Part shown: positions 10,810 to 24,390 of the stretch, one piece after another
Layout: each line of letters starts with the position of its first letter
How positions within the stretch are numbered: position 1 is the first letter of the stretch
Assembly (NCBI RefSeq): GCF_020745735.1
Contig: NC_083435.1
Coordinates: forward strand, 24,179,231-24,243,230
Source of the DNA: Hemiscyllium ocellatum
Taxonomy: Eukaryota
Direction of reading: 5' to 3'
DNA length: 64,000 bases
Position numbers and translations under genes: made by a program
The notes under the pieces: generated by a model
Told to the model about the DNA's origin: nothing
The model's database searches: none
What the model saw: only the letters and a program-made list of their open reading frames with translations

Positions 10810-11530
10810 CGGTTATAGAGTCATGGAGATGTACAGCACAGAAACAGACAGTTTAGTCCAACACATCCATTCTGACCAGTTATCTCAACATCATCCAGTC
10901 CCCTTGAGGTCTCTTTTATATCTTTCCCCTCTCATCCACAACCTATGCCCTCTAATTCTGGACTCCTCCACTCCAGGAAAAATATTTTGTTTTATCCTAT
11001 CCATACTCCTCATGATTTTATCAACCTCTCAGGACACCCCTCAGCCTCTGACGCTCCAGGATAATCACCTCAGCCTATTCAGCCTCTCCCTATAGCTCAA
11101 ATCCTCCAACTCTGGCAACATGCTTATAAATATTTCCCGAAGCCATTCAAGTTTCACAACATCTTTTTAAAAGGAAGGAGACCAGAATTGCATGCAATGT
11201 TGCTAAACTGGCCTAACCAATGTCTCGTACAGCCACAACATGACCTCCCAACTCCTGTACTCTGACCAATAAAGGAAAGCATACCAAACGCCTTCTTCAC
11301 TATCCTATCTACCTGCAACTCTACTTTCAAGAAGCTATGAACCTGCACTCCAAGGTCTTTTTGTTCAGCAACACTCCCTAGGACCTTACCATTAAGTGTA
11401 TAAGCCCTGCTAAGATTTGCTTTCCCAAAAATGCAGCACCTCACATTTATCTGAATTAAACTCCATCTGCTACTCCTCAGCCCTCTTTTTGTCCATTGTA
11501 TGGAAAGCTCCCCATTACCCTTTCCTTTCA
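10810..11530 (-). mobile_element. CR1 LINE 3' fragment
   Basis: ORF 11154-11531 contains RT C-terminal motifs (KWQMEFN-like WSLIQIN, EQKDLGVQVH) and the CR1 tail. Confidence 0.8.
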
Positions 11531-11559
11531 CAGTTTATGGGGCCATCTGTCCAATGATC

Positions 11560-12900
11560 TGCCTGAAGAACATGACTTGGGTTTTTGTGATCTCACTTTT
11601 CACCAGGTTTAACACCAAGCACGCCTTCTGAAGTTGATTGAATAATTCTGAGAGATACTTGAAATGATCCTTCCACATGTGTCTGAAAATGACAAGATCA
11701 TCCAGTACCTGATGAGGGAGCAGCGCTCCGAAAGTGAGTGTGCTTTACATGCTCTCCAGCCAACTCGTCCACTCTATTTAATTTCTCCCTAATATTTATC
11801 ACGTTGTCCAAATATTTCGTCTTTGAACTCTTGACTCTTTAATATTTCCTGAATTAATTTAAATGGTTCTCCCACCTCATGTCCGAATATTAATTCAAAT
11901 GGATTGAATTTAGCTGATTTATTAGGTACATTCCAAATTGCAAAAAAATGTACAAATAGAATTCTGTTCTCCCAGTTGTGATGACACTGTGGCATTAAGT
12001 GGTGGATTTTACCCTGTTTTCTATTAAAGAGAGATTTTAAGGCAGAGGTACTGAGCTGAGCCGTGAGAGTAAACAGCTTGTGAGGCCTCCTGCTGGTAGC
12101 TCTCATGGTGCTACCCACAACACCTCCTTTATATCACACACCAGTAATACAGCCTGATGAGCTCCTGCCCATTTTTCACCCACTTGAACATGTGATAGTC
12201 TCCATTTCCTCATCAACACTTCGTTTTTAAGATAGTGACAATGTGGCATATGCGCACATTTGCCTTTTTGGTTCAACTGTTTTATCTTTCCACTTTTCAA
12301 TTGTAACTTAGCGAACTTCTCTGAAGCAGAAAATGCCCACTTTGTTCTTCAACTCTACTTGCTTTTTCTCAACAACTTGAACAAATGTAGTTTCCGATAA
12401 TTGAATTTTAACTTCCTTATCTTTTCTCTTTGATCTCTCCTTCTGTTCTACCTACGGTTTTGTGACCTTGTTATCACACATTCAGGAGAGATTCCAGGAT
12501 AAACTGCTCTGGAACCGAGAATTTCTCTGTTACTCCTCCCATAACTTTCCATCAGACCCTCTAACTTAGCCTTACAAGGAAGAACACTGTGTTTCACACC
12601 ATGAACTCCATCTATTCTAGCAATACTCTTTCTAATTACACATCTCCTTCTCTCTCCCTGACAAAGATTGATTGCTTTCGGATTTCTGAAAATCTTATTT
12701 TTTTCCCCCACTCCTCTTGGTAAACATGAGGAAACTTTCCTCACACAACTGTTGCAAAATTGAGGAGAATACTTGTAAGGCAGGAAGTTAGAATTTGGAG
12801 TTTGTGAAATGCTTGGGGTGGATGGGGGAATGCATTGCATGGTCCCTTTAAAAGATCGTGTGCTTTATCTATGCTTAGAGATTTAAAATATGTGTCCATG
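11560..12900 (-). mobile_element. Degenerate Gypsy LTR-retrotransposon internal remnant (integrase C-terminus, gag/pro debris)
   Basis: ORF 11789-12118 has FNPFELIFGHEV (integrase SPFEL-type motif). Boundaries approximate. Confidence 0.6.
11706..11740 (+). ncRNA. Hammerhead motif with perfect stem II but mutated cleavage site
   Basis: TAC CTGATGA G GGAGC AGC GCTCC GAAA GTGA GTG. U16.1 is replaced by G, so it is probably inactive. Confidence 0.55.
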
Positions 12901-14169
12901 AGCAGCAGCTTGAAAGTTTGCACGTACACAGACAGCACCCAAACTAACACATTACATCGAAAGACCATGCAATTAGCAGGCTAACCACCAGTTTTTTTTT
13001 TCAATACATCAGGCTTTCGAATTTAGCCAATTAATTTGAGCTGCAACTTAGATACCAAAAATCTATAAGATTTAAGGCTAATGGAACTAATCCTATTGTG
13101 TGAAGTATTGATATGTCATTAAGGGGATAAAGGAAGGGGGCAGTTGGATAAAGATCCCAGAGCTAACTGCCCTCCAGCAGAGCCAACAGCCCTCAGCTCT
13201 CAAGAGAGAATCACTGGCTCTCACAGCCTCATTTATGTCTTAGAGAAAGTGCCATTAAAATAAAAATGGTACCAGTGGTACAGCTAGTTAATATTCCTGA
13301 CAGAAGAATTGTTGGAGAAGGCACAGAACATTCCAGAAGACACGTAACATGGCTGTAATTTTGAGAGACTAAATGTTTTTATGTGTAAGTGGGACTGTTC
13401 TTTATTGGAACGGCATACCATTTGAATCTTGCTGTAATTGGGATTAAATCTGCTTGTTAATACTTTAGTTAAGTTGCTCACTGTTTGACTGAGATAAATA
13501 GATGGCAACGAGTTGATTTTAAAGTGAGTATCAGGGATTTATTTTATTGAACCACTTGAAGTTGCTGAGGTACACCACTCGGCACACCCTGCTTTACAGA
13601 TTATGAGGTGAGGGGCTCCTCTTTGGGGTTTGGGCGGGGCAGGGTCAACCTCCACTTTATAACACAAGGAAATTCTTCGCAGGTTTAACTCTCTGCTCTT
13701 CATCATGAGTTACCAATACTTCACAAAGGGAATTCTTCAACTCCAACCAAGTCGCCTCTCCAAGTGTGTGATATGTGTCTGATTTATTTCCATGGCCTTA
13801 TCCACTTCGCAATGTTACTTTGTTTGATCTTTTCTAACTTTGACCAAGTTCTTCCGTTAGATTTTGAAATTGTTTTCTTTCAGCTTCTGGTACAAGTTCA
13901 TATGAACATGAGACAGCTGTTTTTAGAATCATAGATTCATAGACTCCCTACAGTATGGGGATAGGCCATTTGGCCCAACAAGTCCACCCCGACTGGCCGA
14001 AGGGTATCCCACAAAGACCCCACACCCTGTGTCCTGCCAACGGGAGAAAGGTCAGTTTTCCCTGTGTCTGTTTCACAGCGAATAACTCAACCTGTCTGTG
14101 TCTGATCTCCCTGGGAACTGGTGACAGAACCTGTTCATCTCTTTATTGGGTTTTTTTACTGAGGCTGGG

Positions 14170-14353
14170 ACTGAGACTGGTTTGGCAGCTTCAAGTTCAG
14201 GAAATGATCAAATTACTTTGTCGATCAGGAAATGGCATCATGGTAGAAACAAACGTTTATTTTGTTAATTTTTCAGTTTGTGAACAGCAGATATTTTCCA
14301 ATCACTGTTTTATTCCCAGATCCTGATTGGAATAGGGAGAGTGGATTCCCAGA
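14170..14353 (+). promoter_or_regulatory. Gene B proximal promoter/5'UTR with CCAAT (14298-14302) and Y-box-like CTGATTGG (14323-14330)
   Basis: Sequence blocks conserved with the two inverted dead copies (7790-7975, 40960-41148). A complete SXY module could not be identified. Confidence 0.5.
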
Positions 14354-14405
14354 ATGTTTCTGATCCTTCTCTCCATCTCCCTGTGTTTTTCCTGGGCCTC
14401 TCCCG
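14354..14405 (+). CDS. MHC class I gene B exon 1, signal peptide
   Basis: ATG..CCC G|gtaagt, phase 1. Encodes MFLILLSISLCFSWASP. Confidence 0.85.
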
Positions 14406-15618
14406 GTAAGTACAGAATTCAGCTTTCCATTCTCTCTCTCTCCCTCTCTCTCTCTGTGTCTGGGGTGAATGTGAGTCTCTTGGGGAGAGTTTGAAATGGG
14501 GGATGTTTGATCAGCCGCCTGTTATACAGCCAGCCTGATCTTTTACACATTGAAGGCAGCACAGTTTGGGAGACTCTGATGGGATTTGTGTCCTGGTCTC
14601 CTGACAGCAGGATGTAGAAACCCCGAGATCAGAGAAACTCCGAGCAAATGGGAAATGGTTCCAATGGACAATTTTAATTTTCACATCGATTGGGAGAAGC
14701 CAGACAGCTTCATCATTCCTGGTCTAAAGTCTTGTAAACACAGCGGGAAGGAGAAGGAGACTCCATGTCTAACCCAGCCCAGGCTCAGAAGTGATGCCCT
14801 CATGGTGAATAGGCCGGGTTATCTCAGACACCAACATCCTACTGGCCGTGTATAAAGGGCTGATTAAAAAGCTCAGTGAAGGACAGTGGGGATCCTGCTC
14901 TGGATTGTCCATCCCCCTGTTTGACAGAGAGACTGTTGACACAGTGACTGTCCCCCATGGTCTCACACTTCATCCTCCCAAATATTCCTGTTTCTCTTCA
15001 TTTCAATCCGGATTCATTCACACCACACCTTTCCTGGTTCTGGTGATAAACCTTAAGTTATCGTTAATTCCTCAGTCCAGATGGACCATGGCCAAACTCC
15101 TGCTTCAAGTTTTCCTGGAATATTGTTCCAGGTTAGTGATACACTTTGGTGTGTCTCAGGTTCCTGTTCCATGTTCATGATTTTCTGTTTAATATCCAAT
15201 CACTGGATTGTGTCCCAGCCTCTCCCCTGTGTCAACACTGATTCCATCGAGTATCTGAGTGACCCTGACTCTGTGATTCCTCCCTGTTCTGAGAGGCTGC
15301 AGCAGCTAATTCTGACCCAGTTGAATCTGATTCTGTTGATTATATCAGACAGGATTCTGACAGTGTTATAATTTGGTGGGTTATTGGAGATTGTCACTGT
15401 GTGGATGGGCCTCACTTTGACCAGCTGGAAGTGTGTGTAATTGTTTTCAACCTGATCTTTACAGATATAACAAGTTGAAAGTGATTTTGAGGGCAATCTC
15501 TCACATTAGTGATGTCCCTGGGATCTGTGATGTGATTCTGGTTTTGTAGCCCAGGTACATTAATATGATGTTTATGTTGGTGTTGAGTAACTCGCTGCTT
15601 TCATTGTTTGTTTTATAG

Positions 15619-15879
15619 AGACTAATGCACTCACTCGGATTTACACAATTGTTGCTGGATTGAAGGGTTTTCCTGAGGTTACAAACAGTGCAACAGTCAA
15701 TGGAGTTATAATCGGTTCACGTGACAGTAAAACCCAACGGTGCATCCCCAGGCAGCAGTTCATGGCAGAATTCTTCGATGTGAATTTCTGGAATTATATC
15801 ACAGACCAGGTGAACAAACATGGAAACCTAGCGAAGGAAACAATGAGTACAATAATGAAGAGGTCAAACCAGACGTCTG
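15619..15879 (+). CDS. MHC class I gene B alpha1 exon
   Basis: ttttatag|AG..TCT G|gtaag, 261 nt, open. Encodes ETNALTRIYT..FPE..DSKTQRCIPRQQF..FW..KRSNQTS, with the conserved N86 sequon NQT. Confidence 0.93.
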
Positions 15880-16244
15880 GTAAGATCTGGCTGATTGATG
15901 TTTTGGTTGTAACAGATTGATTAAATGATTCAAGAGAGACAACTAATTAGTGTGAAATGTTCTTATCTAAGAAAGCAACTGCAGCTGCTCATTCTCTCTC
16001 AGTCAGTAACCTTGATTATACAGAATTACTATTGTCCTACATGTGAAGGCTACGTTAAGCAAACATTGTCCGAAGTGCTGTAACTACTGTCAGCCATGTT
16101 CTGCTGTATTAACCATGGGCAGCCAGCAGCCATTTTGTGCCACTCAGTCATGGGAGCCCTAACACCAGACAATGTCACGTAACTTGGTTCTTCCTATCAT
16201 CTAAGTATCTCTGTTTCTTCAAACCTGGCCCTATGCAGTAACAT

Positions 16245-16730
16245 AGAGTCATAGAGTCATAGAGATGTACAACACAGAAACAGACCCTTCAGTCCAACCC
16301 GTCCATGCCGACCAGATATCCCAACCCAATCTAGTCCCACCTGCCAGCACCCGGCCCATATCCCTCCAAACCCTTCCTATTCATATACCCATCCAAATGC
16401 CTCTTAAATGTTGCAATTGTACCAGCCTCCACCACATCCTCTGGCAGCTCATTCCATACACGTACCACCCTCTGTGTGAAAACATTGCCCCTTAGGTCTC
16501 TTTTATATCTTTCCCCTCTCACCCTAAACCTATGCCCTCTAGTTCTGGACTCCCCAACCCCAGGGAACAGACTTTGTCTATTTATCCTATCCATGCTCCT
16601 TATAATTTTGTAAACCTCTATAAGGTCACCTCTCAGCCTCCGACACTCCAGGGAAAATTGCCCCAGCCTGTTCAGCCTTTCCCTGTAGCTCAGATCCTCC
16701 AACCCTAGCAACATCCTTGTAAATCTTAAG
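16245..16730 (-). mobile_element. CR1 LINE 3' end
   Basis: ORF 16331-16714: [39 protein letters not shown]. Confidence 0.9.
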
Positions 16731-16779
16731 GCACTCCGGACGTCGAAATGTCACTGCAGCATATCACAGGGTAGGAAAG

Positions 16780-18460
16780 TATCGCAGATGCTGGAAATCT
16801 GAAATTTAAACAGAAAATGCTGGAAATTCAAAGCTGACCAGGCCGCATTCGTCAAGAGAGAGAAAGAGAGTCGATCAAGGTTTGTGTAAAGATTTGTAGC
16901 TTGTGTGCCGGTTTCCGTGGTTATGGGTATGTTCGCCGAGCTGGGACGTTGATGTGCAGATGTTTTGCCCCCTGTCTCAGTGACATCTTCAGTGTTTCGG
17001 AGCCTCCTGTGAAACGCTGCTGTACTCCGTCCTCTGGAATTTATTTGATTCCATTCCTGCTGGTTCCAATTGTTCATTGTCGTGATCGATAAAGGATCTA
17101 GGTATTCGTTGATCGAGTCTGTGAATGAGTGCCAAGCTTCCAGAATTTCTCTGGCTGTCCTCTGTTTAGCTTGTCCTATGATCGTTGTTGTCCCAGTTGA
17201 ATTTGTGGTCCCTGTCATCGGTGTGTGTGGCTACCAGGGACAGCTGGTTGTGGTGTTGAGTGGTTAGTTGGTGTTCATGGATACAGATTGCTAGCTGTCT
17301 GCCTGTTTGTCTGATGTAATGTTTCATACAGTCTTCATATGGAATCTCACCCAGGTAACTGTTGTGTTGTCTTCTCTGCTGTTGGTTAGTCATTTTGTTT
17401 TGGAGTGCCGTTCTCTTTCTGTGTGTCGCGAAAGAACTCTAACAAAAACTGAAACATCTTCTCAGCGGATCAAAACACTCCATACAATCATCACAGGGAT
17501 TCCTAGACAACATCAAGAACATAAACATGGATAAGGATGAAGCAATGGTCTCATTTGATGGAATAACACTGTTCACTTCAATTGACAAAACTCTAGCCAG
17601 AGAGACAATAGCCAACATCCAGGACAAACAGAACAGACGTCACGACAGGGAACCTCCCAACAAAGTCTGCAGGGTCACACTACTAGACCTGTGCTTGAGG
17701 ACACACTTCCCATTCAACAACCAAATATATGAACAGGTCAATGGGACACCTATGGGCTCACCCATCTCCGGGTTCAGAGCACAAGCAGTGATGCAGAAAC
17801 TGGAACAAACAGCCCTCCCATAAATCCAACCCAAACTCTGAATCAGATACTTGGACAACATTTTTGTAGTTATTTAGAGAACAAATATAGAGAACACATA
17901 CTATATTATTGACTCTGGTCATAGGGATCCATGACAGTCCATAAACTGACAGTCACGCTCAGACATCACTCACCAGGACAAAAGACCCCATGCCCATCAT
18001 GTGCCAGACTAACGTAATTTACAGGATTCCATGCAAAGGCTGTACAAAACACTATATCGGACAAACAGGCAGACATAAATACCAACTAACCACTAAACAC
18101 CACGATCAACTGTCCCTGATAACCACACTCACTGATGACAGGGACCACAAATTCAACTGAATCAATACTGAGATCATAGGACAAGCTAAACAGGGGACAG
18201 CCAGAGACTCGACATTGACCTAGACCCAATATACCGGCCACTATAATGAACAAACGAAACTGGCAACCGGAAGCAACAGGAAAGGAACCAAATAAATTCC
18301 AGAAGGCACAGTACAGCAGCACTTCACAAGAGGCTCCAGACTACTGAAGATGTCACCTAGACAGGGGACAAACCATCTGCAAATCAACTTCCCAGCTCAG
18401 TGAGCAGACCCATTACCACAAAGAGACTGGTTAAGAGAGTTAATGCTTCAGGTTCAAGAT
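16780..18460. mobile_element. Penelope-like element with inverted arrangement (minus-strand GIY-YIG arm 16780-17330, plus-strand RT/GIY-YIG arm 17430-18460)
   Basis: HYIRQTGRQLAICIHEH on minus; MVSFDGITLFTSI and YEQVNGTPMGSPIS on plus. Decayed hammerheads at 16956-16995 (-) and 18341-18379 (+). Confidence 0.8.
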
Positions 18461-18689
18461 CTGCACGTTCTGAAGCAGGGTCAATAGATGAAGGGCTTAT
18501 GCCCGAAACATCGAATTTCCTGTTCCTTGGATGCTGCCTGACCTGCTGCGCTTTTCCAGCAACACATTTTCAGCTCTGATCTCCAGCATCTGCAGACCTC
18601 ACTTTCTCCTCAATAGACACTAGACAATAATCAATAGACAGTAGTGCTGGAGTAGGGCATTTTATTCTTCAGGCCAGCACCACCATTCA

Positions 18690-20460
18690 TTGTGATCATG
18701 GCTGATCATCCACAATCAGTATCCTGTTCCTGCCTTACCCCCATATCCCTTGATTCCACTGTCTATATCTCTATCCATCTCTTTCTTGAAAGTATCCAGA
18801 GACTTGGCCTCCACTGCCTTCTGGGGGAGGGCATTCCATACACCCACCACTCTCTGGCTGAAGAAGTTTCTCCTCAACTCTGTTCTAAATGATCTACCCC
18901 TTATTTTTAAACTTTGCCCTCTGGCTCTGGACTCACCTATCAGCTGAAAGATGCTTCCTGCCTCCAAAGTGACCAATCCTTTAATAATCTTACACATCTC
19001 AATCAGATCCCCTCTCATCCTTCTTGTATACCTTCTCTCACCATCAAGTGTATACAAGCCCAGTCGCTCCAATCTTTCAACATGAGATAGTCCTGCCATT
19101 CTGGGAATTGACCTTGTGAACCTACGCTGCACTCCCTCAATAGCCAGAATGTCCTTGCTCAAATTTGGAGACCAAAACTGCACGCAATTCTTCAGGTTTA
19201 GTCTCACCAGGGCCCTGTACAGCTGCAGAAGCTCTCTGCTCCTGTACTCAATTCCTCTTGTTATGAAGGCCAGCATGCCATTAGCTTTCTTCATTGTTGC
19301 CGGCTGTATCTGCATGCTTGCTTTCATTGACTGATGCAAAAGAACTCCTAGATCTCGTTGTACTGCCCCTTTACCTAACTTGACTCCATTTAGATAGTAA
19401 TCTGCCTTTCCTGTTCTTGCCACCAAAGTGGATATCCACACATTTATCCACATTAAACTGCATCTGTCATGCATCCATCCACTTACCGAGCCTGTCCAAG
19501 TCACCCTGTATTCTCATAACATCCTCCTCACATTTCACCCTGCCACCCAGCTTTGTGTCATCAGGAAAATTGCTAATATTACTTTTAGTGCCTTCATCTA
19601 TATTATTAATGTATATCGTAAACAGCGGCAGTCTCAGCACTGAACCTTGTGGTATCCCACTGGTCACCGCCTGCCATTCTGAAAGAGACCCATTTATCAT
19701 TACTCTTTGCTTCCTGTCAGCCAGCCAATTTTCAATCCAAGTCAATATTTTGCCCCCAGTATCATGTGCCCTAATTTTGCTCACTAACCTCCTATGTGGG
19801 ACTTTATCAAAGGCTTTCTGAAAGTCCAGGTACACTACATCCACTGGCTCTCCCTTGTCCATCTTCATGGTTACATCCTCAAAAAATTCCAGAAAATTAG
19901 TCAAGCACAATTTCCCCTTCATAAATCCATGCTGTCTCTGACCTATCCTGCTACTGCTATCCAAATGAGTCATAATTTCATCTTTTATAATTGACTCCAG
20001 CATCTTTCCGACCACTGACATCAGGCTAACCGGTCTATAATTCCCTGTTTTCTCTCTCCCTCCTTTCTTGAAAAGTGGGACGACATTAGCCACCCTCCAA
20101 TCTGCAGGAACTGATCCTAAATCTATAGAACATTGGAAAATGATTACCGATGCGTCCATGATTTCTAGAGCCACCTCCTTAAGTACCCTGGGATGCAGAC
20201 AATCAGGTCCCGGGGACTTATCAGCCTTCAGATCTAACAGTCTCTCCAACACCATTTCCTGCCCAATATAAATTCCCTTCAGTTCATCCATTACCCTCGG
20301 TCCTTCAGCCACTATTACATCAGGGAGATTGCTTGTGTCTTCCCCAGTGAGGACAGATCCAAAGTACCATTCAACCCTTCTGCCATTTCCTTGTTCCCCA
20401 TAATGAATTCACCCATTTCTGTGTTTAAGGGCCAAATGTTAACCTTAACCATTTTTTTTC
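18690..20460 (-). mobile_element. CR1 LINE RT region
   Basis: ORFs 19467-20312 and 18716-19504: KSPGPD, NYRPVSL, QHGF, YLDFQKAFDKVPH, PQGSVL, PDDTKL. Confidence 0.93.
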
Positions 20461-20979
20461 TTCCACATACCTAAAAAAGCTTTTACTATCCTCCTTTATA
20501 TTTTTGGCCAGTTTGGCTTCATCCCTCATTTTTCTCTCCGCGTATTGCATTTTTAGTTATCCTCAGTTGCTCTTTAAACGTTTCCTAGTCCTCCAGCTTA
20601 CCACTCATCTTTGCTATGTTATACTTCTTCTCTTTTATCTTCCCTTAACTTCCCTTGTCAGCCAAGGCCCTCACTGCCTCCCCTTAGGATCTTCCTTCCT
20701 TTTTGGAATGAACTGATCCTGCACTTTCTGCAGGAAGTACCTGCCATTGTTGTTCCCCTGCCATCCTTGCTAGGGTATTGAACCATTGAACTTCGGCCAG
20801 CTCCTCCCTCAGAGCTCCATAACAACTGTAGTAATACCTTTGCGACAGGTATTCAGGAATAACAGAAATGTCCCTGTTGTCACAATGTAAGATAACACTG
20901 TCTTCGCAAAAACTGCAGTTACTACCAAGGAACGTGGTGCAATTGCTGTAACTGGGAAGAAAGTATTATGTAAACTGAT

Positions 20980-22440
20980 GGAATTAAAGGCAGATAATTC
21001 CCTGGGGTCTGATGGCCTGCACCCAGAGGTATAAAAGGATTTGTCAACAGAGATAGCGGATGCATTAGTTGAGATATTCCAAAATTCCCTGGAATTCTGG
21101 AAAGATGCCAGTGACTTGGAAATATGCTAACGTGATACCCTTATTCAAAAAGAAGATAGGCACAAAGTGGGAAACTGTAGACCAGTTAGTTTGAGCCTTT
21201 GTCGTGGGAAGCTGCTGAAGCTAATCATCAGGGAGGAGATAACTGAACATTGAGATAAATGAAGCTCAATTCACCAGTGCCCAGTGGATGTGGTTTATCT
21301 AGACTTCCAGAAGGCATTTGACAAGGTGCCAAATAGAAGACTGATCCTGATGGTCAGATCCTCGGGAGTTAAAGGTCGAGTATTGGTTTGGATAAAGGAT
21401 TGGCTAACTGACAGAAAACAGGGGATCAGGAAAAATGGGTCCTTCTCTGGGTGGTGAACTGGAACTAATCTTGTGCTGCATGGTTCAGTTCTCAGACTTC
21501 AATTAATTACAATCTGTATAAATGATCAGCAAGCAGGGACAGAGTGTATCATAGTTAAACTCGTGGATGATAATGATATTGGTGGGAAACCAGGCTATGA
21601 TGAGGAGATAATAAGTTTCCAGATGGATATTGGCTAGCAGAATAGGCTACACTCTGACAGGTGGAGTTTAATGTGAATAAGTGTGGGGTTGTTCATTTTA
21701 GCCAGAAAATGAAAAGGCAAATTGTTATTTCAATGGGAAGCAGGTTCACAGTGTGTCAGTGCAGAGGGATCTGGGTGTCTTGGGACATAAATTGCAGAAA
21801 GTGGATATGCAGGTGCAGCATATAATAAGAAAGGCAAATGGAATACTGGCATTTATTGCAAAGAAGTGTTGTTACAGTTATATACGGCATTGGTGAGTCC
21901 ACACCTGAAGAATTATGTCCAGTTGTGGTCTCCTTACCTAAGAGAGGATGTGGTGGCATTGCAGGCAGTTCAGAGGAGGTTTACCAGGCTGGTTCCAGGG
22001 ATGAAAGGGTTATTGTACGAGAAGCAATTGAATCGCTTAGGCCTGGACTCACTGGAGATCAGAGGAATGAAGGAGGATCTAATTGAGGAATATAAAATGC
22101 TCAAGGGGATTGATAAGATTGATGTTTATTGGACGTTCCCCTTGTGGGACAGTCTCGAACAAGAGGTCATAGATATAGAGAGAGGAGGTCAGTTCAATAC
22201 TGAGATGAGAAGAAACTACCTCTTTCAGAGGGTTGTGAATCTGTGGAACTCACTGACCCAGAGTGGGGCAGAATCAATCAACAAATTCAGGAAAGAAATG
22301 GTTATGTTTCTGATGGAAAGCAGGATAAAGGGGGATGGGAGCAGGCAGGAAGGTGGAGGTGAGACCAAGATAAGATCAGCCATGATCATGTTAAATGGTG
22401 GAGTGGACTCAAAGGGCTGACTTGCCCACTCTCCCTCTGA
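20980..22440 (+). mobile_element. Degenerate CR1 LINE RT fragment
   Basis: YLDFQKAFDKVP and ORF 21866-22420 (VQRRFTRLVPGM..FQRVVNLWNSL). Confidence 0.85.
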
Positions 22441-22929
22441 ACTCCCATGTTACGAGAATTAACTGGGAATGTGTTTGAAAGCAGCTTATCAAGTGTAGCA
22501 CTGGAATATATTACTTGTTGTCATTAAAACAGAAAAAAAAAACAATTGTAAAGTAAATAAAGCTAGGAAGGAAGAAATATTTTTAACAAATGAAGAAATT
22601 GATGGAATGATCATTAACATTATTCATATTTAGTTATGAGCCAATCAGCAAACAGTCAGATAACGAATGAATTGAGAACCGGAGGGACATGAAAGTGAAT
22701 ATTTGACTGTCACGGTCCATTCATGATCTGGAGATATTTTTGAATCACATTGTGCAGATATATTGTGACCCCTTTGGACCAGCTAGGACTTGGAACAGGG
22801 CATTCTGGGAAACCACCACTGCCTCAAAGGAGGCCAACTCATTCTGCTTAATTTGTGAGAAATCGATTAAACAATAAGATCAATGTTAAAAACATTACAA
22901 TGATTCGAGGAAATTGGACAGAAGGTAGA

Positions 22930-24390
22930 TTCATAGAGTTGTACAGTGGAGAAGCAGACCCTTAGTCCAACTTGTCTACGAAGACCAGAAACCCTAAACT
23001 GATCGAAGTCCCATTTGCCAGCATTTAGCCCACATCCTTCTTAACTCATCCTATTATAAGCCCATCCAAATGCCTTTTAAATGCTGTAATTGTACCAGCC
23101 TCTGTCACTTCCTGTGGCAGCTCATTCCATACATGCACTATCCTCTGCGCGAAAAAGTTGCCTCTTAGTTCCCTTTTAAATCTTTTCTCTCTCACCTTCA
23201 ACCTATGCGCTTTAGTTTCAGACTCCCCTACCCTGGGAAAAAGAACTTAGCTATTCACTTTATCTATGCCCCTCATAGAGTCCTAGAGAGGTACAGCACA
23301 GAAACTGATCCTTCGGTCCAATCGTTCCATGCCAACCACATATCCCAACCCAATCTAGTTCCACTTGACAGCACCCGGCCCATATCCCTCCAAACCCTCC
23401 TACTCATATACCCATCCAAATGCCTCTTAAATGTTGCAATTGTACCAGCCTCTGTCACTTCCTGTGGCAGCTCATTCCATACGTGCACTATCCTCTGCGC
23501 GAAAAAGTTGCCCCTTAGGTCTCTTTTATATCTTTCCCCTCTCACCCTCAACCTATGCCCTCTCATTCTGGAGTCCCCAATCCCAGGGAACAGATTTTGC
23601 CTATTTATCCTATCCATGCCCCTCTATAAGGTCACCTCTCAGCCTCCGACGCTCCACGGAAAACAGCCCCAGCCTGTTCAGCCTCTCCCTGTTGCTCAGA
23701 TCCTCCAAGCCTGGCAACATCCTTGTAACTCTTTTCTGAACCCTTTCAAGTTTCACAACAGATGGGGTGGTTTTATAAACTTCTAAAAGGTCACCCCTCA
23801 GCCTCCAACACTTCAGGGAAAATAGCCCCAGCCTATTCAGTCTCTCCCTATCGCTCCAAACCTTGTAAATCTTTTCTGAACCCTTTCATGTTTCCTATAG
23901 CAGGAAGTCCAGAATTTAACATAGCATTCGGAAAATGACTGAATCAATGTCCTGTACAGCAGCAACATGATAGCCCAACTCCTGTACTCAACCCACTGAC
24001 CAATAAAGGCAAGTAGACCAAACACCTTCTTCACTATCCTGTCAATCTGTAACTCCACCTTCAGGAATTATGACTCTACACTCCAAGGTCTGTTTGTTTG
24101 GCACCACTCCCCAGCACCCGACCATTAACTGTGTAAATGCGGCTATGATTTACCCAAAATGCAACACCTCACTTTTATCTAAATTAATCTCCATCTGCCA
24201 CTCCTCAGCCCATCTGATCAAGGTCCCATTGTACTCTAAGATAATCTTCTTCACTGCCACAACATTTCCTGTTTTGGTGTCATCTGCAAATGAAACATTA
24301 CTAACCATTTCCACCTATTTGCACATCCAAATCATTTATAAAACTGACAGAAAGCAATGAACACACATAGTAAGTAACTTAAAGAGATCT
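22930..24390 (-). mobile_element. Nested CR1 3' fragments
   Basis: Repeated CR1 tail segments (23040-23220 duplicated at 23410-23580); ORFs 23273-23617 and 23837-24058. Confidence 0.8.

Noticed and set aside
14263-14282. Interferon-stimulated response element in the gene B promoter
   Set aside because: Only a partial match (CAAACTGAAAA on minus) and not cleanly conserved in the dead copies.
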